Positions 1 to 8,830 of a stretch of DNA of 61,089 bases are shown one piece after another. Numbering within the stretch: the stretch's first letter is position 1; each line of letters opens with the position of its first letter. Source of the stretch: a virus. Lineage: Duplodnaviria; Caudoviricetes. Below the pieces are notes generated by a model, which saw only the letters and a program-made list of their open reading frames with translations, made no database searches and was not told where the DNA came from. A program made the translations under genes and the position numbers. The stretch spans positions 1 through 61,089 of IMG/VR virus record IMGVR_UViG_3300031658_000007. The stretch is one strand, 5' to 3'.

Positions 1-143
1 TGTTAGGAGCTACTACACTAGCTACGTCAGTGTTTACTTCACTTCTTTCACCACTTTCACTACTTTCACTAAGTAACTTATTCAGTGTAACAACATCTTT
101 AGTACCTGTAGTATCTGTAGTACCTGTAGTACCTGTTTTAGTA
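1..143. repeat. Terminal overlap, left copy (circular assembly)
   Basis: 1-143 matches 60956-61089 except that the left copy has one extra 9-bp GTACCTGTA unit. Confidence 0.95.
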
Positions 144-1498
144 CTCACTACTTTTGGAGTGTCTGTACCAGTAACTACTTCTGTAGTACCTGCACCAGAA
201 GGTGCTAGACCAGACATATATTGTGTTACTAACTGTTCGTCTGTTTGCCTCCTTGGTGCGCCTAGTTGCCTGATAGCATCAATTTCTAAACCTCTCATTA
301 TTTTATTTTGTTCAGCAGCAGCAGCAGCAGCAAGTTGAGATTGCTGTGGATTTCCTGCGTTGGGGTATGAAAGATTGCCAGTTTTGCTGTTTATTAGTAG
401 ATTTTCTTTTGCTTCAATACTTTTAGCAAGTGTTGTTAAATTTTTAAGACCACTACCTCCTTCAGCTATATAGTTGTAGTCATCTTTTAAAGTACCATCT
501 GGAGCCATAGCGAACACAAGAGCTTGTTGCATAGCTGTTGCACTTAAAACACCCAGTTTAGACAGATTAGCAACAGCACTATTAACATCAGACAGAGTAG
601 TGTTATTATCATTAATATCCAATCTGATACCAGCAACATGAGATGGTGTTGTGGCAGTTATACCAACAGCATCAATAACGGACTTTGCTACATTACTTAT
701 GTCTAGAAGATTACCACCTTTGTATAGAGAGGAGACGTTTCCTTGTGTACTACCCTTACCATTACCATAGTTAGTAAAGTAGTTACTAGTGTTGGGGGCA
801 TTTTTTTCTGTAGCATCGATAAGTTTAAGTATCATTGCTTCACTTTGAGTAGGAAACATCCTACCAAGTTGTTTTGCAACTGATGCATCAACTTGTGCAC
901 TAGTAAACTGACCTGATTGTACTAACGTTCTGCGTAGCTGGTCAGCGAAAAATGTAGGATCAACACCAGCTCCACTGTTATCTTTTATGACTTTGTTAAT
1001 AAAACCAATTTTAGTACTAACATCGTTTATTGCACCATCACCTTCAAAATCGCTAAGATTGCTGTACTCAGGGTATTTTTCCAGTAGTTTGATTACGTTA
1101 GGGTCGTCCGCACGATGCGCACCAGAATACGCCAAACCTGCGACTATTCCTTCTTCTGTTTTCTGGCGTTCTAAATCTAGTTTCTTTAGTCTAGATTCTT
1201 CGTCTATAGCACGTTGAGTTGCACCTTCGGTCCATTGCTGGCTTGCCTTGAATTGAGAGTTTTTGTCTAATCGTTCTTCTTCACGAAGACCTTGTTGTTG
1301 GTTAAACTGGTTTTGTTGGTTAAACAGTCTTTGTGTAAACTGATTTTGTTGTACTACTTCAGCTTGTCTTTCTGCTAAAGCTTCATTAATACTACCAATA
1401 TTTTGTGCGGCAGTAGCGTCTTGAAGAGCAGCAGCCTTTCTAAGAGCATTTGAGTTACTGTAATCAATACGATCATTACTAGATTTAAAAATTGCCAT
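1..1498 (-). CDS. 5' part of an origin-spanning internal virion/ejection protein (~884 aa in total; N4 gp51-like position)
   Basis: ATG at 1498 (MAIFKSSNDRIDYSNSNALRKAAALQ...) stays open to base 1 and continues in frame via the overlap into ORF 59799-60896. Q/N/T-rich, no Cys seen. Absent from the supplied ORF track. Confidence 0.8.
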   Translation of the reverse strand, partial: MAIFKSSNDRIDYSNSNALRKAAALQDATAAQNIGSINEALAERQAEVVQQNQFTQRLFNQQNQFNQQQGLREEERLDKNSQFKASQQWTEGATQRAIDEESRLKKLDLERQKTEEGIVAGLAYSGAHRADDPNVIKLLEKYPEYSNLSDFEGDGAINDVSTKIGFINKVIKDNSGAGVDPTFFADQLRRTLVQSGQFTSAQVDASVAKQLGRMFPTQSEAMILKLIDATEKNAPNTSNYFTNYGNGKGSTQGNVSSLYKGGNLLDISNVAKSVIDAVGITATTPSHVAGIRLDINDNNTTLSDVNSAVANLSKLGVLSATAMQQALVFAMAPDGTLKDDYNYIAEGGSGLKNLTTLAKSIEAKENLLINSKTGNLSYPNAGNPQQSQLAAAAAAEQNKIMRGLEIDAIRQLGAPRRQTDEQLVTQYMSGLAPSGAGTTEVVTGTDTPKVVSTKTGTTGTTDTTGTKDVVTLNKLLSESSESGERSEVNTDVASVVAPN

Positions 1499-1520
1499 AT
1501 GAACGCTCTTTATATACTTA

Positions 1521-2150
1521 TTAAGTTATCGCACTGCCATCGACTTTCGATGCATTAGCTTGTGCCATTCTTCTTTGCCATTCTGGTGATCCTTCTGCGA
1601 CACTATTTAGTAGTAAACCATTACGTGTCCTTTCCATTAAATCTTGGTTATATGACAAAGTATCATTAGCAAGACTTCTATTGTAAGAAGCAAGCTCAGT
1701 ACCCGCCTGTCTTTCTGCTAACTTACGGCTTTTGTGTGCATTATACATATTGTAAAGACTACTTGCTCCTTGAGCAGCAAGACCAAAATTTTGCATACCT
1801 TGAGAAAATGGACTTAATTTTTGTGAATCCATAAGACTTTTGTACTGATCAAAAGTAAGTCCTTGTTGATTTCCACCTGTAGGATCAAAGTTAATTAAAG
1901 GTTTGTTAGTATTTTGGTCAGATGCCAAAACACCATAGCTAGTACTTTTAGGAGTAGCAAGACTACTACTATAGTTATTTTCGATATAATCAGGTACTCT
2001 TACAGGTTGATTAAAAGGTAAGTTACCAAAGCTATTAGTATCATCTTTAATAAACTTACCTCGGCTAATTAAACCTTCGTTAGTTATACTTTTATTGCGG
2101 ATAGCGTCTGCAGCTCTGTTACCTACAGTAGGATTTGATTCATATGCCAT
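1521..2150 (-). CDS. Small virion/ejection protein (N4 gp52-like position)
   Basis: 209 aa, Cys-free, G/A/Q-rich C-terminal half (GLAAQGASSLYNMYNA); synteny in late operon. Confidence 0.55.
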   Translation of the reverse strand: MAYESNPTVGNRAADAIRNKSITNEGLISRGKFIKDDTNSFGNLPFNQPVRVPDYIENNYSSSLATPKSTSYGVLASDQNTNKPLINFDPTGGNQQGLTFDQYKSLMDSQKLSPFSQGMQNFGLAAQGASSLYNMYNAHKSRKLAERQAGTELASYNRSLANDTLSYNQDLMERTRNGLLLNSVAEGSPEWQRRMAQANASKVDGSAIT

Positions 2151-2168
2151 AATTTATTTACCGTTTTT

Positions 2169-4637
2169 TTACACTACGCCCAAGATTAGAGCATTATCAT
2201 GATAGTTACCTACTAATGTATCATAATTATAGAAGCTAGAGAAGTCATATTGCATAGGACCAGCCATGTACCTTAAAGTATCTGGGCTACGTAAGTATGC
2301 TAGGTAGGTCGGGTTTAGTCCAGACTCCTGAGCTTCTATAAGACCAGCTATTTCCTGTGACCTAGTATTGAACTCATCATTTATCCTAGCTGACTCTTCT
2401 CTAAGAGCCATAAGGTCTGAATTTATATCAGCTGTTAGTATATCTGAGAAAGTAGTTACAGCATTTAAAACACTAGCAGGGTCAGAAAATAATGTACTTC
2501 CACCACCTGTTTGAAATGTTAAGTAAACTGCTACTGCAGCTACTACTGCTTTTAAGAAGTCGTTGTCTATAGTATTTATTATAGCTATAGCTACTGTCAT
2601 TATAATGTAGTTTGATATTATTTTTATAAAGAATTCCTTACCTAAAGTAGCGGGATTAAAGGTTATAACAGCAATAACTATAAGAATAAACTCCATAAAT
2701 GAAGCGAATAAGCTAGTTTCGTACCACTCTAAATGAGTTAGTGTAACACCGTAAAAGTTTAATCTTAATGATGCATTAAGTAATTCTATCTGCTCTAAAG
2801 GTGTTAAAGAGTTAACAGAAAAGTTAGAGATAAGTACAGTAAAGTTACTATTACCTAACTTGGAAACACTCATATTCTCATTTCCGTTACCAGCTATGAA
2901 ATCAATTCCAGATAAATCATTTAGTACTATAACTGAACACGTAGTAGGATTAATTTGTTTACGCATAGTTAATGTAGTTATAGAAGTAACAGAATGGTTA
3001 TATGTACCTACACTACCAATAACAAGTGCCTGTGTTGAAGCAGACTGAGTAGACCAAACTAAGGCTTTCTTAACGTTTTGCTCTATGAAAGTAGCGTAGT
3101 AGCCTTCGTCATTAAGATCACTATTAAAATTAACAGCTTGTGTTGTTACTAAACCATAGAACATTTCGTAAAGTATTTTTGATACTACTTTAGAAGTATC
3201 TGTAGGGTTTACAGCGAAAGTTAAAAACACCTCTGGTACGTTAGCTATATCAGGATTTTCCTCTACCTGTGTCATTATATCTTCAAAGTTTAAATCTAAA
3301 GTATCAAGTAACGCTACTGTGCCATCGTAGTTAGCTTGTCCTTCAGTAGCTACACTTACTGTTTCGTTACTCTCTCTTAAAATACCTATAGGCATCATTT
3401 CAAGATTTGTAACAGTACTGTAAACTCTTCTTACTTCAGGAAAGGTATTAGTAGTTAAATCATAAAGCCAATACCTCCACTCACTAGATGATGTAACCCA
3501 GTACGTAGCTATAACGTATACTTTTATAGGATACGCACTGTAACTAAGCGTAGTAGAAATAGTAGCAATTGAAGCAGAAGGCATAGTTGTATTATCTGTT
3601 TGTACAGAATTAGCTGCTGCCCACGTTATGTTTGTTGTTATTGAAGACTTACCTACAGCTAGTGAAGTCAGTTCAAAACTAGTTTGTGTAGATATACTAC
3701 TAATACTAACTGCCATACTTACACTACCAGAAGATAATACACCTCCTGTTGTACCTATAGTAAAAGTAGCAGTGGTACTATTTGCTGGTATAACTACACT
3801 AGAAACACCAGTGTAATGAGTGCCATTTACAGCACTTCCTGTGTAAGCTAGGTTTACTGTTACTGTGTTACCAGAAGGAACAGGTCTGTCTATGCTTATT
3901 GTATAGCTAGTGGTAGTGTTTCCTTGCTGTACTTCAGAAGGACCAGATAAGTAAAAGGTAGTAATTGGTCTTATTCTGGTAATTGGCATACTGTAAGTAT
4001 TGTTACCAGCGTTGTACGTAATAGCTCCTAGTGCGTAATTTGTCCAAGTACCATAAGCGTCTGTGTAAGTAAGAGTGTTAGACCAAGGGTGGTATGAAAA
4101 GTTGTCTTGTAGGTAATGCTTATAGTACTCTTCTTTAGATGGGTGTCTCTCAGTTACAGTAATAAGTGTAGGTGAACTGCTGGGTGTGCCATATGGTCTG
4201 TTAGGAACATATATATTTAGAGCATCTACAATTGCAGATTTATTTATACTACTTGTTTTTATATTTGAAGTAGGCAGCTCATAAGGGTAAGCACCAGATT
4301 CTGCAAAAGTGTAGTAGCCGTCTATCATAACTGATCCCATAAACGCATGTTTTATAAAAGCAGAAGTTAAAGGAACATCAGGATTTTTAGTATGTTCTAC
4401 AGCAATTTTTGTTATAGCATCACTTTCTAAGTCCATAGAATCAGGGTAAAGTTTTTGTGATACTAACTGAACATTAACTACAGTCTGGTCTTCTATACCG
4501 AATACTCCAGCAACTATCTCTAGTGCTGGCATTACTATTTCATCCCATATTCCCTCAACGATTCCAGTAACAACATCATCTACTACCTCTATGATGTCGT
4601 CTATGATGTCGTCTATGATTTCTACTAGGTCACTCAT
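2169..4637 (-). CDS. Structural/tail protein (N4 gp53-like position) with Calx-beta/Ig-like insert and C-terminal hydrophobic helices
   Basis: 822 aa; VTVNLAYTGSAVNGTHY...VVIPANSTTATFTI resembles Calx-beta; 2-3 hydrophobic segments near aa 645-715. Confidence 0.6.
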   Translation of the reverse strand: MSDLVEIIDDIIDDIIEVVDDVVTGIVEGIWDEIVMPALEIVAGVFGIEDQTVVNVQLVSQKLYPDSMDLESDAITKIAVEHTKNPDVPLTSAFIKHAFMGSVMIDGYYTFAESGAYPYELPTSNIKTSSINKSAIVDALNIYVPNRPYGTPSSSPTLITVTERHPSKEEYYKHYLQDNFSYHPWSNTLTYTDAYGTWTNYALGAITYNAGNNTYSMPITRIRPITTFYLSGPSEVQQGNTTTSYTISIDRPVPSGNTVTVNLAYTGSAVNGTHYTGVSSVVIPANSTTATFTIGTTGGVLSSGSVSMAVSISSISTQTSFELTSLAVGKSSITTNITWAAANSVQTDNTTMPSASIATISTTLSYSAYPIKVYVIATYWVTSSSEWRYWLYDLTTNTFPEVRRVYSTVTNLEMMPIGILRESNETVSVATEGQANYDGTVALLDTLDLNFEDIMTQVEENPDIANVPEVFLTFAVNPTDTSKVVSKILYEMFYGLVTTQAVNFNSDLNDEGYYATFIEQNVKKALVWSTQSASTQALVIGSVGTYNHSVTSITTLTMRKQINPTTCSVIVLNDLSGIDFIAGNGNENMSVSKLGNSNFTVLISNFSVNSLTPLEQIELLNASLRLNFYGVTLTHLEWYETSLFASFMEFILIVIAVITFNPATLGKEFFIKIISNYIIMTVAIAIINTIDNDFLKAVVAAVAVYLTFQTGGGSTLFSDPASVLNAVTTFSDILTADINSDLMALREESARINDEFNTRSQEIAGLIEAQESGLNPTYLAYLRSPDTLRYMAGPMQYDFSSFYNYDTLVGNYHDNALILGVV

Positions 4638-5119
4638 AGCCAGTTCAACTTCTTTATAAGGGTTTCTATTTTTAACTTAAATAAGTCTACACGAATAACA
4701 ACAGGAGTACCAAACTCGTACCATTTACGTATGCTTTTAATAGTTAGAAAACTTTTAAACTTTATAACTCCTTCATTTTTGTGGGGTGTAAAACTTAGTA
4801 ACTTTGTATTAGGATCTATGTCTTCAGAAAAAACACCTGTAAATAACGCTAACATTCCTAGTGGGTTATTATCACCATAGAAAATTAATCCGTTTGATTT
4901 ATAACGGTCTAATCTTGTGTAGTATAGAAAGCAAGAACCATCAACTAAGCAGTAAGCTGTACTTTCTTCTATGGATTTTAGCATTGCAGTCTTATACTTT
5001 TCTGAAGTACCAGAAGGAAGTATATGGGATACAGTAGAGTAATGGGTTACTATGTCTTCTTTAGTGCATTTCCTTACACTTTGGCGTATTAATTCTGGGG
5101 TGAACGATTGGTATTTCAT
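4634..5119 (-). CDS. Hypothetical protein, possible GNAT-like acyltransferase
   Basis: 161 aa alpha/beta pattern; coupled to the KS and ACP genes; function inferred from context only. Confidence 0.35.
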   Translation of the reverse strand: MKYQSFTPELIRQSVRKCTKEDIVTHYSTVSHILPSGTSEKYKTAMLKSIEESTAYCLVDGSCFLYYTRLDRYKSNGLIFYGDNNPLGMLALFTGVFSEDIDPNTKLLSFTPHKNEGVIKFKSFLTIKSIRKWYEFGTPVVIRVDLFKLKIETLIKKLNWL

Positions 5120-5125
5120 GTAAAC

Positions 5126-5962
5126 CTAGTGTTTATTTATTGTACATGCACCGAAAAACCCACCTGCTCCATTAGCTACAGCTAGTATAGTTCCTTTTAT
5201 ACTATCATCAGATAGTACCATACATACTTCTAGTAGGCTGCTTATACCCTGTGTGTGTCCTATATCTTGCTTGTAAGCTATTGGTGTAGCTAAGGCAGCT
5301 AGATCTACTTCTGCTTCAGTATTAGATGGTGTGCCTGTTCCGTGTAGTTTAACATAGTCAACAGGGTAACTTGGTATTAATGTGTTTAAGTTATCTCTTG
5401 TAAAATAGAAAGCATTTCTGTTGTAAACAAAGTCGAATCTAGAGTCTACTATGTCGTTACCACCTGCACCTAACTTCATATACACAAACCCATCACCACA
5501 CATGAGTTTTATCTTAATCTCTCTAAAAGACCTTAAAGTTTCTTTAGATGTACGCTCACCACCAATAATAATAACTTCTTCACATATACCTGAGTCTAAC
5601 CAAGAGTTAGCTATGGTAAGTGCTTGTACACCGCTAGAGCATGTACCACTGGTAGTGGTTGCTACTTTTATATGCTCTGGATTTTTAAAACTACCTATCC
5701 ATTTATGCATAATATAGCTAGTGCCGCATGTTAATGCCACTAGGTACTTAGTGGAATCATTACGAGAAACACCACTTTCAGCTTGTGAAATAGTGAAACC
5801 ATCAACGTATATAAAACCTGTATCCTTAGTCAGCTCTACGTTTAAGTCAGCTAACTTAATGAACTGGTTTACAGAGGATAAGTCTCTATCTAGTTCTGGT
5901 ATAGCGAAATAGTCTTCTCTTCTTTCCGTTGGAACTATGTGCTTGTACGAGAGGATTTGCAT
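5126..5962 (-). CDS. Beta-ketoacyl-ACP synthase-like protein (minimal FabF/FabB-type thiolase fold)
   Basis: Motifs SGTC108SSG, IIIGGE, GDG, VKLH207GTGTPSN, K231QDIGH236T, ANGAGG; Cys-His-His triad present. Confidence 0.9.
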   Translation of the reverse strand: MQILSYKHIVPTERREDYFAIPELDRDLSSVNQFIKLADLNVELTKDTGFIYVDGFTISQAESGVSRNDSTKYLVALTCGTSYIMHKWIGSFKNPEHIKVATTTSGTCSSGVQALTIANSWLDSGICEEVIIIGGERTSKETLRSFREIKIKLMCGDGFVYMKLGAGGNDIVDSRFDFVYNRNAFYFTRDNLNTLIPSYPVDYVKLHGTGTPSNTEAEVDLAALATPIAYKQDIGHTQGISSLLEVCMVLSDDSIKGTILAVANGAGGFFGACTINKH

Positions 5963-6180
5963 GTGTTCACTAAGTCCTTAACCGATAGTTTAAATTGATC
6001 TAGGGTTTCTACCAACTTTTCATCTATGTCATATTCTGCGGAAAGCATTAGCAACACCATTGAAACACCCAGACTATCTAGCTCACTGTCCATAAACATA
6101 TCGTCCATGAGAAGTGGCATACCATTCTCAGAGGCAACTTGTGTATTTATATTAGCTAGTATCTCTTCTTCTTCAGTCAT
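5935..6180 (-). CDS. acpP: Acyl carrier protein
   Basis: 81 aa, very acidic, ELDS36LG phosphopantetheine attachment motif followed by helix II and a EYDI...SVKDLV tail typical of ACPs. Confidence 0.88.
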   Translation of the reverse strand: MTEEEEILANINTQVASENGMPLLMDDMFMDSELDSLGVSMVLLMLSAEYDIDEKLVETLDQFKLSVKDLVNTCKSSRTST

Positions 6181-6995
6181 TATGGTATTGCTGTTCCACC
6201 AACGTCAGTCATTATACTGTTGTATAAGTTCTTGGTGTTAGCTTCTACGGTAGTACTAGGAGGATCACCTGTTTTAATTACGGAGTAGTAAATAGCCCAA
6301 GTCTCTAAGGCTTTAGCTAGTACTTTTTGTTTAGAGTCTACTTTAAATCCTAAAGTCTGTGCTACTATTAAGTCATCTTTTTTATCTTCAGTAACTTTTT
6401 GTGACTGCATTAACAAGTTCTGTGACCCAAGAAGTGTAATCTTAGCTGCTCCTTCAAGTACTTGTTTATCTACTAACAAACCTTGTTTACCAGTTAATGC
6501 TATCTTAGCTGTTCCTTCTTCTATCTGCTTATCTATCATAAGCCCTTGTTTCGTGTCTAGGCTAATTTTAGATGAACCTTCTTCTACCTGCTTGTCTACT
6601 AGTAAACCTTGCTTAGTTTCTATAGCTATCTTAGAACTTCCTTGCTCTACTTGTTTGTCTATTAGAACTCCTTGTTTTGTGTCTAGCGTAATCTTAGAAG
6701 TAGTTTCTTCAACCTGTTTATCTACTAGCAACTTTTGTGACTGTAGCATAGCAGATTGGTCTATCTGTATTTGAGTTTCTAAATATATCTTAGCTGATGT
6801 CTGAATTGCTGCTTGCATAGCACCAAGGTATACGTTGGCGTAATCAACGTTACTGATAGCTCCTGCTGTGTATTGGGATTTTATATGAGCAGTGATGGTT
6901 TCCATCATGTTGTCAAAAATACCACTACCAGTTACGGCAAAGGTAGTACCATCAGTAGCTACATTATTTGTAAATTCAGTAAAAGCTAAAGTCAT
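6180..6995 (-). CDS. Structural protein (N4 gp54-like) with five 21-aa repeats
   Basis: N-terminal GSGIFDNMM...HIKSQY..GAI...YANVYLGAMQ pattern of N4-like gp54; synteny after capsid and gp55-like gene. Confidence 0.65.
   Translation of the reverse strand: MTLAFTEFTNNVATDGTTFAVTGSGIFDNMMETITAHIKSQYTAGAISNVDYANVYLGAMQAAIQTSAKIYLETQIQIDQSAMLQSQKLLVDKQVEETTSKITLDTKQGVLIDKQVEQGSSKIAIETKQGLLVDKQVEEGSSKISLDTKQGLMIDKQIEEGTAKIALTGKQGLLVDKQVLEGAAKITLLGSQNLLMQSQKVTEDKKDDLIVAQTLGFKVDSKQKVLAKALETWAIYYSVIKTGDPPSTTVEANTKNLYNSIMTDVGGTAIP
6417..6731 (-). repeat. 5 x 63-bp (21-aa) coding tandem repeat
   Basis: LLVDKQVEEGSSKISLDTKQG-type unit repeated five times (aa 89-193). Confidence 0.85.
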
Positions 6996-6997
6996 TG

Positions 6998-7498
6998 TTA
7001 TTCACTTTCTCCGTAGCTAATAGCGTATTTCTTAACGCGAGTTGCTACTTTGTTTCCAGTACGCTTACCATCAATAATTTCATCTTTGTGCAGAGTCATC
7101 ATTGCTGAATTAGCAATTTTAATTAAAGACACTTCTAGTTCTACAGGGATGTCTAGTGGTACATTCTTAGCCATACCGAAAAAGTTATTCTCAAAACTTA
7201 GGTGTGCAGTAGTAACCATGTCAGCTTCACGTACATCTTTATTAGTAATTGTTACTACTTTAGTAAGGAAAGCTTCTTTTTTTGCTACTGCTATTTTTTG
7301 ACGAGAACTTAAAACAGTATCTTTTTTTGTTTCTGCCTTAGCAGGTGCAGAGGAGGCAAGGGTTTCGTCTGGCGAAATAACACCTTTAGCCTCATCTACT
7401 AAATTTTTAAGTTTGGTAGTTTGTATATTACTTTGGAAACTTAGCCCAAGGGTATTAGCTTCTTCTACTAGTATTGATCTTTCTGTTGGTTGTGGCAT
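6998..7498 (-). CDS. N4 gp55-like protein
   Basis: 166 aa; N-terminal ANTLGLSFQSNIQTTKLK motif; directly after the capsid gene. Confidence 0.6.
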   Translation of the reverse strand: MPQPTERSILVEEANTLGLSFQSNIQTTKLKNLVDEAKGVISPDETLASSAPAKAETKKDTVLSSRQKIAVAKKEAFLTKVVTITNKDVREADMVTTAHLSFENNFFGMAKNVPLDIPVELEVSLIKIANSAMMTLHKDEIIDGKRTGNKVATRVKKYAISYGESE

Positions 7499-7534
7499 GT
7501 TAAATCTTCTCAGTTGTTTAACGGGTTATAATAA

Positions 7535-7564
7535 ATGGCTAGGACTCAAATGAATCCCAGCCAT
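7535..7564 (-). terminator. Probable intrinsic terminator after the major capsid gene
   Basis: Minus-strand hairpin ATGGCTGGGATTCA-TT-TGAGTCCTAGCCAT followed by TTATT. Confidence 0.65.
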
Positions 7565-7584
7565 GTTCTACTTTACTCTACTGC

Positions 7585-8808
7585 TTACGAACTAGCGCAA
7601 ACATATCCTTTAAGTAAACGTTCTTCGCGCAAGATGATACCTGCATACCACATGTTGTAGCTGAAGAAACCTTGATTACCATAAGGGTTAGCAAGTTCAG
7701 TCTTCTCAGGAGACTGACTGTTGAACTTGATTTTTCCTTTACCTTTAAGACCAACAGTAGCAAAAGAGCCTTTAGTTGGGAAAAGAATTGGGAAAACGTC
7801 AAAGTTGTCTCTGTCACCAGCAGTAGCAGAAGTATTATCTGTACCACCACTAGCAGAAAGAGCACCAACGTAGCTTTGAGGTACAACAGCACCACCAGCA
7901 GCGTATACAACAGCAGATTCTGACTCAATGAAACGAACATCGTTCATTGCGCCAACTTCGCCTTCAGCTAGGTTAGTAGCGTCTGCATACTTGTATGCTG
8001 GAACATAAGCGAACTCTTCAGCATTACCAGAACCTTTTGTAAGACCTTCAAGGTCATACTTAATTTCTGGGCCAATGATTGCATAAAACGCTTTATTGAT
8101 TACACGGGTATCAATTTTAGTTGAACCTGTAACAATAGAAGTGTTTTTCTCAGCACGGTTACGTACAAGACGACGAGAGATCTTACGAACCATATCATAA
8201 GAAACTTGAGAATCCACATCGTCAGAACCTGAAGCAGAAGTGGTATCCTGTCCTACTGTCACAAGTGAAGTAGCAGTACCTACATACTGAATAGTAGTGG
8301 TATCAAGCATGTCTAACTGAATAAGATCTTCAGAACGACGATTAGCTAGATGACCTAACTCTTCACGATACTGAACCTGAACCATATCTTCAGAGAACAT
8401 AGTAACGTCATCAGTGTAGTCTAACATCTCACCATATCGTGCAAACGCACAACTAATAGTTACTTTCTTTAAAGCAACCTTGTTTACTGCAGCTGCGCCT
8501 TCAGCAAGAGTAGGCATTCCAGATGATACGTCAGTAATATTACGTGCTGACAAATAACCTTTAGTGCCAAAAGCTGCGTTAGTTCCACCAACTTGTGAGC
8601 TTGGATCTAGAATACGATCATAGATATGAAGGAACTTACTAACCTTGTAAGTTTTGCCCATGTTCATAGGCATAGAACGACGATCAGAGAACTGAGCGTA
8701 TACGTTTACGGCATTCGCAGCTTTAACACCTGCTTTGTCGTAATAATGAACAACAGTATTCGGACCGCCTGTGGCGTTCGTTCCTGCGTTATATTGATTT
8801 GTAGCCAT
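7585..8808 (-). CDS. Major capsid protein (N4 gp56 family)
   Basis: 407 aa; MPMNMGKT, LAEGA..VNKV, YG....YTDD, YKYA....LAEGEVGA, DVFPIL, NPYG..GF.S..WY motifs. Confidence 0.92.
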   Translation of the reverse strand: MATNQYNAGTNATGGPNTVVHYYDKAGVKAANAVNVYAQFSDRRSMPMNMGKTYKVSKFLHIYDRILDPSSQVGGTNAAFGTKGYLSARNITDVSSGMPTLAEGAAAVNKVALKKVTISCAFARYGEMLDYTDDVTMFSEDMVQVQYREELGHLANRRSEDLIQLDMLDTTTIQYVGTATSLVTVGQDTTSASGSDDVDSQVSYDMVRKISRRLVRNRAEKNTSIVTGSTKIDTRVINKAFYAIIGPEIKYDLEGLTKGSGNAEEFAYVPAYKYADATNLAEGEVGAMNDVRFIESESAVVYAAGGAVVPQSYVGALSASGGTDNTSATAGDRDNFDVFPILFPTKGSFATVGLKGKGKIKFNSQSPEKTELANPYGNQGFFSYNMWYAGIILREERLLKGYVCASS

Positions 8809-8830
8809 TTTAGTTTACCATTTAATAAGT

